A stretch of 63,852 bases of DNA, counting the filler, from Candidatus Coatesbacteria bacterium (lineage in GTDB: Bacteria; JAFGND01): the NCBI GenBank assembly GCA_016927185.1. It is 4 parts of 4 records of this genome, joined end to end, with 100 filler letters (N's around TTAATTAATTAA, not from the genome) between each part and the next. Parts side by side here need not be neighbours in the genome. Positions count along the whole stretch, not along the records: positions 32,168 to 60,033 come from JAFGND010000107.1; 3 more parts are not named here. One strand, given 5' to 3'. A program made the translations under genes and the position numbers. The notes beneath the pieces are model-generated. The model was not told the origin of the DNA, did no database searches, and saw only the letters and a list, made by a program, of their open reading frames with translations. Shown piece after piece: positions 46,733 through 55,176 of the stretch (position 1 is the stretch's first letter; each line of letters opens with the position of its first letter).

Positions 46733-48312
46733 TGGCACTCTATAGGAGTCACATACTTTTGGGGATTGATGCAGAGACCATTATGGCAGGCGTCAATGAA
46801 GTCAAAAAAGCTATCTTTACTGAACTTGAAAACAGGGGTCTGGATAATGAAGTAAAGGTCGTTGAGACTGGCACACTTGGAATTGCAGGTCGCGGTGTCG
46901 TAATGGTAATATATCCTGAAGGAGTCTATTATGCAGGATTGACGGTTGATGCTATTCCTGCGTTGATTGAAGAGCATATAGTAAAAGGAAGAACATTAAA
47001 ATCCCATCAGATAACTCCACCTGTCAAGGCACAGAGAGTTTCTCTTGCTTCCGACAGGAGAGGTACTGAGATTAAGGAGAGAATAGTTCTCAAGAATGTA
47101 GGAAGGATAGATCCGGAGAATATTCAAGAATATATTGCTGCAGACGGCTATGAAGGACTCGGAAAAGCTCTCTCTATACAGCCCAAGGAAGTCATTGACT
47201 TGATAAAGGCAAGTAACCTCAAAGGAAGAGGCGGAGCTGGTTTCCCGACTGGATTGAAATGGTCATTCACTGCTTCTGCAAAAGGAGATCAGAAATACGT
47301 AATCTGTAATGCTGATGAAGGCGAACCTGGTACATTCAAGGACAGGCTGATAATGGAAGGCGATCCACACAAGGTACTGGAAGGAATGGCTATATGCGGA
47401 TATGCTGTTGGTGCTACAATCGGGATAATATATATAAGAGGTGAATACGCACTTTCCATAAAAAATATAAAGAAAGCAATTGCTGATGCAAAGAAACTAG
47501 GCTTGCTTGGCAAGAATATCTTCGGAAGCGGGTTTGATTTTGATGTTAGAGTGAATCTTGGGGCAGGTGCATATGTATGTGGCGAGGAAACTGCTTTAAT
47601 AGAGTCTATTGAGGGACATCGCGGAAATCCCAGAAAGAAGCCTCCATTCCCTGCTAATGCTGGATTATGGCAGAAACCGACAAATGTCAATAATGTAGAG
47701 ACTTTCGCAAATATTGGCCCTATTCTTCTTAATGGTGCTGACTGGTTCAAGAACTTTGGAACAAAAGACAGTGCTGGAACCAAGGTTTATACGCTTCTCG
47801 GTCATATAAATACTCCTGGACTGATTGAGGTTCCTATGGGAATTACATTGAGGCAGATAATATCAGATTTTGGTGGAGGAATGCTTGGGGGCAAGAAGTT
47901 CAAACTTGCACAGATTGGAGGAACTGCAGGTGGAATTCTTGGTCCTGACTTGCTTGATGTGCCTCTTTGTTATGAAAACATGGCAGAATATAGCCTGGTA
48001 CTTGGTTCAGGTGCAATACTGGTAATGGATGAGACAACAGACACCAGAGCAATACTTACTTGCTTTTTGAAATTCTTCAAGCATGAGAGTTGTGGGCAGT
48101 GTGTACCATGCAGACTTGGTTCAAAGAAGATGCTGGATCTTTCCAGAGGGCTTGAGAATGGTACTGGAAAGAAAGAGGATCTGGATCTCATTATTGAGAT
48201 TGCAGACTCTATGTTCAAGGCGAGTTTATGTCCACTTGGCCAAAGCCCGATACTTCCCATTAAGGGAATGGTGAAGTACTTCAAAGATGAATTACTGGCA
48301 AAGGTTTCTTAG
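46732..48312 (+). CDS. Second NuoF/HydB-like subunit
   Basis: GRGGAGFP, NADEGEPG, CGEET, SCGQCVPC...SLCPLG; the N-terminal thioredoxin-like domain lacks Cys ligands. Confidence 0.9.
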   Translation: MALYRSHILLGIDAETIMAGVNEVKKAIFTELENRGLDNEVKVVETGTLGIAGRGVVMVIYPEGVYYAGLTVDAIPALIEEHIVKGRTLKSHQITPPVKAQRVSLASDRRGTEIKERIVLKNVGRIDPENIQEYIAADGYEGLGKALSIQPKEVIDLIKASNLKGRGGAGFPTGLKWSFTASAKGDQKYVICNADEGEPGTFKDRLIMEGDPHKVLEGMAICGYAVGATIGIIYIRGEYALSIKNIKKAIADAKKLGLLGKNIFGSGFDFDVRVNLGAGAYVCGEETALIESIEGHRGNPRKKPPFPANAGLWQKPTNVNNVETFANIGPILLNGADWFKNFGTKDSAGTKVYTLLGHINTPGLIEVPMGITLRQIISDFGGGMLGGKKFKLAQIGGTAGGILGPDLLDVPLCYENMAEYSLVLGSGAILVMDETTDTRAILTCFLKFFKHESCGQCVPCRLGSKKMLDLSRGLENGTGKKEDLDLIIEIADSMFKASLCPLGQSPILPIKGMVKYFKDELLAKVS

Positions 48313-48877
48313 TATTATTCTGTTGCTTGCAGGAATGCTGTTAATAACCGTATCCTGCAAGTTAACAGAGATTATAAACAATTATACAAGCACTTATAGT
48401 GCAAAAAAAATCCCTCAGCAACCTCCTATTGTAAAGGAAATCAATAAATACAAACCATTCATGGATTCTTTTTTCGAGAATGAAAAAAAAATAAATTCAT
48501 CTTTTAATGATCTGAAGAATAAGCAGTTTTATAACTTGTCAAATGACAACCAGTTAGAAGAATTCAGGAAATACTTCAAGTTTAATATCAGCCTTCCTGT
48601 TAAAAAGCAGATCAATGAATTATCAAGATTCACATCTTCTGACAGTACATTAAATAGTCTCAATCAGAATCTTCTCAAGGAGATAAAGAAACAGGATGCG
48701 CTTTACAAGGAATTCACTGATCTTCTTGAACCTGGAATAGTCAAAAACAATAAGAAATTTAGAACAGAGACTATAAGAATAGGAAAAGAGTTAACATCAA
48801 TAAAACAGGAGCAGACAAAGATAATCAGGAAGATATCTGAAGTATTCACTATTCATGGTCTGGAATTGAAGTATTAG
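48287..48877 (+). CDS. Hypothetical lipoprotein
   Basis: Hydrophobic signal ending TVSC; helical body. Confidence 0.6.
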   Translation: MNYWQRFLSIILLLAGMLLITVSCKLTEIINNYTSTYSAKKIPQQPPIVKEINKYKPFMDSFFENEKKINSSFNDLKNKQFYNLSNDNQLEEFRKYFKFNISLPVKKQINELSRFTSSDSTLNSLNQNLLKEIKKQDALYKEFTDLLEPGIVKNNKKFRTETIRIGKELTSIKQEQTKIIRKISEVFTIHGLELKY

Positions 48878-48901
48878 AATTTCGTGGTTTAACAAGCATT
48901 C

Positions 48902-50353
48902 ATGAAGAAAAGATATATTCTATTAATGATCCTAATTCTTGCAGCAGAACTGAGTGCATGGTGGTGCAACTGGTGTGAATTGCTGAACAAGGAAAATGAC
49001 GAAACCTGCATTTACTGCAACAAGAAAAAGGGAAGCAGACCGGTAAATGAGAAGGAAAGACTGGAACAATTGTATGAATATGCAATGAGTATAAAACATC
49101 CTCATATAGATCTTTGTAATAAAATCTACGAGTTTTCAGGAAAATACCTTGATAGAATGAAAAAGGATGATTATTCAGAGGAGATAAGAAAGATATTCAT
49201 TATAAAAGCATTTTGTGCAATCAACTCCAATAATTACAGGGAAGCATCTGAATCATATGTGGATCTTTTTTATAGAATAAAATCTGTATCTTCAGAAAAG
49301 ATAAATAATATCAACAGGGAGGATTATCTTGAGGATCTGCTCTACAAGGCATTTCATTCACTTGTTAAGTTCAGGGATTATTCAATAGATAAAAGTGATT
49401 ATGCCTGGGTCAGGGGAGCTAATATCAGAATGATAAGTACTGCGGAACTTTATGAAAAGGAGTTTCCAGCAGGAAGGCATCTGCCTGAAATAATGAGATT
49501 GCATGCATCAATACTTATAAGAAGCAAAAAAGAGGAAGATGCAGTAATTGTTCTTGAAAAAATAATAAGTATGTTTCCTGATAAAACAGATCTTTCTCTC
49601 TTTGCATATCAGTCAATTTTATCATTGCTTACTGATCTTGATGAGAACTACAAAGCTGCATCATATGCAAGAAAATATAGTGATTATGCAAGAAAGAATG
49701 GAAAGAAGGAAACTGCAAGAAGAGCTGCAGAATCAGAATTGTATCAGTACATAATAATGGAGGAGAAAAAAAGGTCTTTTAATCCTGATTTGTTGTTTGA
49801 ATTCATAAGATATTATGAAACAACAGGATATGATAATCTGGTGGCTGAATCAGTTGCCCTTCTTTTCAATGTTTTCCTTAAAGAAAAGGATGCTGAAAAG
49901 AGAGCGAGAAACCTTGAGAAACTGCTTCCTGTATCAAAAAGAAATGTAAGGGTTTATCAAGCGGTAAGGAATGAATTATCAAGCATTTACTTCGGAATCG
50001 GAGAAAAACAGTTCAGACAAGCTGAAAAAGAAAAAAATGCTAAAGTACAATCAATCCTGTATTTTGATGCAGGGCAATATTTTATAAGGGTTAATAAATA
50101 CATTGAGGACAACAAGGACAAGAAGGATTTGTGGTATAATATTGTCATAAGCAATTACAATTCACTCAAGGTTTCAGGAGATTTCAGAAAGGCTGCAGAA
50201 GAAGAAAAGAAAAGACTTGAAGACTCACTCAACATTATATCCTTCTATACAAAGAAGCTTCTATTGCTTAATCTGAGCGGTAAAGAGAAGCAATACATAA
50301 ATATGGTTCTTCAGGAAACAGCAAAATTCAAGAAATTATTTCCTGACAAGTAG
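48902..50353 (+). CDS. Secreted helical-repeat protein with N-terminal RanBP2-type zinc-finger motif
   Basis: Signal peptide, then W-x-C-x2-C-x3-N-x6-C-x2-C; TPR-like helical body. Confidence 0.6.
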   Translation: MKKRYILLMILILAAELSAWWCNWCELLNKENDETCIYCNKKKGSRPVNEKERLEQLYEYAMSIKHPHIDLCNKIYEFSGKYLDRMKKDDYSEEIRKIFIIKAFCAINSNNYREASESYVDLFYRIKSVSSEKINNINREDYLEDLLYKAFHSLVKFRDYSIDKSDYAWVRGANIRMISTAELYEKEFPAGRHLPEIMRLHASILIRSKKEEDAVIVLEKIISMFPDKTDLSLFAYQSILSLLTDLDENYKAASYARKYSDYARKNGKKETARRAAESELYQYIIMEEKKRSFNPDLLFEFIRYYETTGYDNLVAESVALLFNVFLKEKDAEKRARNLEKLLPVSKRNVRVYQAVRNELSSIYFGIGEKQFRQAEKEKNAKVQSILYFDAGQYFIRVNKYIEDNKDKKDLWYNIVISNYNSLKVSGDFRKAAEEEKKRLEDSLNIISFYTKKLLLLNLSGKEKQYINMVLQETAKFKKLFPDK

Positions 50354-51763
50354 TTTCAGGCTTTCCCTGTGGCTTTTTGAAAGAAGCAGCAGTAATGAAG
50401 CAAAGAAAGGATAAACATAAAAGAAGATACTGCTGTACTTGATTGAAGAAGCATTCAAATAGAGATAAATAAATGGTATCCAGATTACAGGAATAAATGA
50501 GATAATTTTCATTACGTTCACCTTGAAAAGGTGTCTATATACGAAAATCATCAACAAAGTTGCCTGAAAGGAATATGCAATTATTGTAGCTATTGCTGCA
50601 CCTCTTGTATCAAGCAAGGGAACCAGAAGTAAACCCAGAGATAAATTGATTACGAAACTTGATATTGAGGCGGCTAGTATCTGTTTCTGTTTCCCTATTG
50701 TTATAAGTGCTATTGTATTCAGGAGAATGAGAAAAAGCGGAAGCAGTGATATTGCAAGCAATCTCAATGTTGAAGTGGCTTTAGCGAACTTCTCGCCTCC
50801 CAAAAGCAACAGGATGATATCTGAAAATCCGAAAAAGAAGAAGCTTGCAATATTCGCTATTGTGAAGCTTAATCTTGAGAAATTGTGATATATCTCTTTT
50901 CCTTTCTCAAGATCTTCCTTGAAAACCTTGACTATTATTGGGAAAATTGGTGCTATAAGGATGCTCGGTATTATCTGGGCTTGTAAAATCAGTTGATGTG
51001 GTGCATGGAATAATGCCAGGCTCTCAAGTCCCTTTATATATTTTATTATGTATGCATCTACTCTTACCAAAGAAGCTGCCACAAAATTGGCAATGGCAAG
51101 AAGATAGCAGACTCTTAATATGTCTTTCATCAATGGGTTTATATTTTCAGTAAAATCTTTTGCAAGCTGTTTCCTGAAGCCAATTCTCAAAGAAACCAGT
51201 TTGAAGGCGCTACCGATTGTAAGAGCAATATAAAAGAATGTAAGTCCTTGATCCAGAAATATTCCAATAAAGATGCCAAGTATACCAACCAATCGATGAA
51301 TTACAGATGATATGAAATCCATCTTCAGATTCTCTATACCGTAATATGCGGCAATGTATACAAATCCAAACTGGAATATGATTTCATTCAAGACTGCAAA
51401 AAGAAATGGCATATGAAGCTTATTCATTCCCTTAAGAAAAATCAGCCCTGAGAAAAATGTAAGAAATACAAAGGATACAGAAAGCAATATTTGTATATGC
51501 AATCCAGCTTTTATGTACCTCTGAAGCAAATTCCTGTCTTTTGCAATTTCTCTTGTAATTATCTTGCTTGTCTCGAAATTAAGAAGTGGATTGAGCGTGA
51601 AAATTATGGTTGAAATCCAGCCATATTCTCCATAGGTTTCAAGCTGGAAGTATCTTGATAAGAGCCAGAAAACGATAAGGCTTCCACATGTGTCTGTTAT
51701 CCTTCCCAGCAGAGAATAAGCGAAATTGGAACGCAGCTTTTCAAATGGGGAATCAATAGCCAT
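50336..51763 (-). CDS. Polysaccharide flippase (Wzx/MOP family)
   Basis: About 12-14 TM segments, LSRY....YGEY, ITREIAK, RVDAYII, GAAIAT. Confidence 0.85.
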   Translation of the reverse strand: MAIDSPFEKLRSNFAYSLLGRITDTCGSLIVFWLLSRYFQLETYGEYGWISTIIFTLNPLLNFETSKIITREIAKDRNLLQRYIKAGLHIQILLSVSFVFLTFFSGLIFLKGMNKLHMPFLFAVLNEIIFQFGFVYIAAYYGIENLKMDFISSVIHRLVGILGIFIGIFLDQGLTFFYIALTIGSAFKLVSLRIGFRKQLAKDFTENINPLMKDILRVCYLLAIANFVAASLVRVDAYIIKYIKGLESLALFHAPHQLILQAQIIPSILIAPIFPIIVKVFKEDLEKGKEIYHNFSRLSFTIANIASFFFFGFSDIILLLLGGEKFAKATSTLRLLAISLLPLFLILLNTIALITIGKQKQILAASISSFVINLSLGLLLVPLLDTRGAAIATIIAYSFQATLLMIFVYRHLFKVNVMKIISFIPVIWIPFIYLYLNASSIKYSSIFFYVYPFFASLLLLLSKSHRESLKLLVRK

Positions 51764-51766
51764 TTA

Positions 51767-52732
51767 TTACTTGACTGTCTTCTTGATTTTTTCCCAGGTC
51801 TCTTCTGAAAACTTAGTACCCATAATCTGAACTACTTCCCTCGCAAGAAGAGAGCCAAAATCAGCACTTTCTTTGAGAGTCCTGCCCTTTATTAGACCGA
51901 AAAGAAAGCCTGATGCAAAAAGATCTCCTGCACCGGTAGTATCAACAGGTTTTACAGGGATTATTTCAATTTTAAGAACTTCTGATCCTCTCTTTACAAT
52001 TGAGCCTTTTGAGCCAAGCTTGACTACAACTATATCTGCATATCTTGATAATTCATCTGCTGCCAGATTGGAATCCTTTCCCGTAAATGCTTTTGCCTCT
52101 TCCTCATTTGCGAAGATTATTCCGGCACCACTTTTCAGTACTTCTTCAAGGAATTCCTTGTTATCTTCAACTACATTGGGGCTTGCAAGATCTATAGATA
52201 TCTTTGTTCCAGTTTTTTTAGAAAGCTCCCAGGCTTTTCTTACAAGATCATGATTCTGAACAAGATATCCTTCTATATGAAAATACTCATAGGGAGAGAA
52301 TGTTTCTTCTGAAAGATCGTCCCTGGTTAGCTCTATTGCAGAGCCAAGATATGTCCCGAAGGTCCTTTCCCCATCGGGTGTAATCAGGGATACGCAACTA
52401 CCACTTGGATTTCTGCCAATCTTAAGAAAGCTCTTGACACCATGTTTTTCAAGATCAGATTTGAATTCATTCCCTGTCCTGTCGTTTCCAATCTTCCCAA
52501 TGAAACCAGTTTCTACTGCAAGGTTTGCTACTGCAGTTATTGTATTTGCTGCACAACCTCCTGCAGAAACTGCATAATCACTTATTCCCTTCAATATCTC
52601 ATCCTGTTTATCGAAACTTACAAGCTGCATTGTTCCTTTCGGCAGACCGTGTTCAAGAAGAAACTTGTCATCCACTTTTGTAAGTATGTCAGTCAAGGCA
52701 TTTCCCATACCCAGTATCCCTGTCTTTTTCAT
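51767..52732 (-). CDS. PfkB family carbohydrate/adenosine kinase
   Basis: GMGNALTD, GGCAANT, PDGERTF, FANEEEA, VDTTGAGD; start at MKKTGILG. Confidence 0.9.
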   Translation of the reverse strand: MKKTGILGMGNALTDILTKVDDKFLLEHGLPKGTMQLVSFDKQDEILKGISDYAVSAGGCAANTITAVANLAVETGFIGKIGNDRTGNEFKSDLEKHGVKSFLKIGRNPSGSCVSLITPDGERTFGTYLGSAIELTRDDLSEETFSPYEYFHIEGYLVQNHDLVRKAWELSKKTGTKISIDLASPNVVEDNKEFLEEVLKSGAGIIFANEEEAKAFTGKDSNLAADELSRYADIVVVKLGSKGSIVKRGSEVLKIEIIPVKPVDTTGAGDLFASGFLFGLIKGRTLKESADFGSLLAREVVQIMGTKFSEETWEKIKKTVK

Positions 52733-52910
52733 TTCCATCCTTTCTGTTAATGCATCAGCCAGAAACTTTTTATTGTCTTTTCTGTCAAAAGATTTTTTGA
52801 GATTATGATGTTTGTTTAGAACAAGATACTTCAAGGTAATTTGCAGAAGACTCTCATATATCAAGTAAAAGAAGTCCTGTCATTATCTAATTTCTATAAC
52901 TTTTTTCTCT

Positions 52911-52997
52911 GTTTATTTTAAAAGTCTGTATCCTTGCCTTTATGCAATAGAAACATATGGATACAAAGGCTTCAAGAATACAAAGTCAATTCCTTGA
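52911..52997 (+). pseudogene. Remnant of the PQQ-repeat/C-terminal-module gene family
   Basis: Translates VYFKSLYPCLYAIETYGYKGFKNTKSIP*, compared with VYFGSGDSYLYAIETYGYKGFSNKK in the 59700 gene. Confidence 0.7.
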
Positions 52998-53096
52998 AAC
53001 AGGAAGACTTAAGATAAGTACCAGGGAAGACTATTGCCTTGTCAGGAAGCTTAAGTAATTGATATAATTAAAATTATATTATTTCAACAAAATCTG

Positions 53097-53471
53097 TTGC
53101 AGAAAAAGTATAAAATCAGCTTTTTGGCAAACATGAAATTGATGAGATTTTTATGCTTGATAAGCTTGATTCTGAGCATATTATCTTGTGCTGAAAAAGA
53201 AAAACAGTATGTGCAGAAAGCAGAAAAAGTGACTTATTCCTTTCCGCCAAATGTAGAGGAAAGCAAGGATTCATTATCATCCGCAAAGATAGACAGCATG
53301 GCAAGAGAACTGCAAATGGAGATTTTCAAGGACGGGGATAAAGTCTATTACAAGAACAAATTCGGTTCCTGTTTCACTCCGAAGCAGTTACCGACTGTTT
53401 ATTCCCACAAGGATGTATATTTCAAGGAATTGAAGGAAGTCTGGGAAAAGAGATTCAGTGAAAATCCATGA
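53097..53471 (+). CDS. Hypothetical lipoprotein
   Basis: Lipobox ILSC; overlaps the lpxA start; true start probably MKLMRF. Confidence 0.6.
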   Translation: MQKKYKISFLANMKLMRFLCLISLILSILSCAEKEKQYVQKAEKVTYSFPPNVEESKDSLSSAKIDSMARELQMEIFKDGDKVYYKNKFGSCFTPKQLPTVYSHKDVYFKELKEVWEKRFSENP

Positions 53472-54264
53472 CACTGCAATAATTCATCCTACAGCAACTA
53501 TTGGCGATGATGTAGAGATTGGTGCTTATTCAATCATTCATTCTGATGTAACAATAGGCAACAGATGCAGGATAGCTTCCCATGTAATAATCCAGGACAG
53601 AACAACGATGGGGGAAGATAATATCATTTATGATGGTGCAATAATAGGAAACAAGCCTCAAGATTTGAAATACAAAGGATCTCCATCAAGAGTCAGAATT
53701 GGAGACCGAAACACTATAAGGGAATATGCAACAATCAATATTGCATCGGATACTACTGAGGATACGGTCATATCATCTGACTGTCTTCTAATGGCTTATG
53801 TTCATATAGCACACAATTGCCAGATAGGAAACAATGTTGTTATAGCAAACTCATGCAATCTAGCTGGTCATGTCGTGATAGAGGATTGGGCTGTAATTGG
53901 AGGAATGGTTCCTATACACCAGTTCGTGAGAATAGGTGCTCATGTAATGGTAGGAGCTTTTTTCAAGGTTGCACAGGATCTTGTTCCTTATATACTGTTT
54001 GCCAGGAATCCAGCTCAGCCAATAGGAATAAACAGTGTTGGCTTGAAAAGGAGAGGCTTTTCAGAAGAATCAATGCTTGGATTGAAAGAAGCATTCAAGA
54101 TATTGTTCATGAGAGATTATAATACAAGGGAAGCCTGCAATATTCTTGAAAAAGAACTCGGACATTTGGATGAAGTTAAAAATATTGTCTCTTTTGTTAG
54201 GAATTCGAAAAGAGGGATTGCAACTAAAAGGAAATCTGATTATGAAAAAAACCAGACATCATGA
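53458..54264 (+). CDS. lpxA: Acyl-ACP--UDP-N-acetylglucosamine O-acyltransferase
   Basis: Hexapeptide repeats, PQDLKY, IREY, MAYVHIAHNC, LAGHV, IHQFVRIG, INSVGLKRRGF. Confidence 0.95.
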   Translation: MKIHDTAIIHPTATIGDDVEIGAYSIIHSDVTIGNRCRIASHVIIQDRTTMGEDNIIYDGAIIGNKPQDLKYKGSPSRVRIGDRNTIREYATINIASDTTEDTVISSDCLLMAYVHIAHNCQIGNNVVIANSCNLAGHVVIEDWAVIGGMVPIHQFVRIGAHVMVGAFFKVAQDLVPYILFARNPAQPIGINSVGLKRRGFSEESMLGLKEAFKILFMRDYNTREACNILEKELGHLDEVKNIVSFVRNSKRGIATKRKSDYEKNQTS

Positions 54265-55048
54265 AATCAAGGAAGATGCCTTAACAACTTTCACATTCAA
54301 GGCATTCAATTATATCAAGGAGAATACTACAGTAGTCGCTGTTGCTGCAGCTGCTATCGTGGTAGTAATCGTACTTGCAACTATAATTGTGAAAAACAGG
54401 ACTTTAAGTAACGAGAAAATAGAAAAAGACCTTACTGATGCAGCAATAAATTATGCAATGGCATGCACGTATCAGGTAAAGCCTGAGGAAAGATTAAAGC
54501 TAATTGCACAGTCGAAAGAGATTTATGAAAGTATTATGAAGGATAAGTCCGGACATCCAAGGGCTCACGAAGCAGCATTTGCACTTGCAAACATCATATA
54601 TCATGAAGGCAAGATTTCTGAAGCAGAAACCAAATACAAGGAATATATAAATAAATACGGAAAGAAAGATCCATACTTGAAGGAAGCAGCTGAGCTTGCT
54701 CTTGTTCAATGCAAGGAAGATGCAGGAAGCATTTCCGAAGCAGAAAAAGGTTATGATGATTTCATAGCTGTATCACAATATCCTTTTCTTGTTTCAGATG
54801 CAAAGAGAGGAAAATACAGGATATTCGTAAGGCAGAAGAAACTGAAGGAAGCTTACAATGTTCTTGATGATCTTCTGAAGAATTATTCAGATATATATGA
54901 TGAGAAGCTTCTCAAGTCAGAACATCTGCTTCTTGCAAAAAAACTTGGCCTGCCTTCAAACCTGCCTTCTAAGAAAGATTCTACAAAGAATGAAGCAGGA
55001 AAGAAGATGGAGACAAGCAAGGATGCCGCTGAGAAAGGAGTGAAATAA
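54242..55048 (+). CDS. Membrane-anchored TPR protein (YfgM-like)
   Basis: HEIKED, single TM segment, TPR helices; start at MKKTRHH. Confidence 0.75.
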   Translation: MKKTRHHEIKEDALTTFTFKAFNYIKENTTVVAVAAAAIVVVIVLATIIVKNRTLSNEKIEKDLTDAAINYAMACTYQVKPEERLKLIAQSKEIYESIMKDKSGHPRAHEAAFALANIIYHEGKISEAETKYKEYINKYGKKDPYLKEAAELALVQCKEDAGSISEAEKGYDDFIAVSQYPFLVSDAKRGKYRIFVRQKKLKEAYNVLDDLLKNYSDIYDEKLLKSEHLLLAKKLGLPSNLPSKKDSTKNEAGKKMETSKDAAEKGVK

Positions 55049-55176
55049 CTAAATATAGATTACTTTTTCTCTCCTTAACTGTCCTGCTGCTTTATTTATA
55101 TAAAGGCACTTTCATTGAAGGCATCAGCTTATTACTTACAACAGGCTGGTGTTATTTTTTTATTCCCAGTCTTGTC

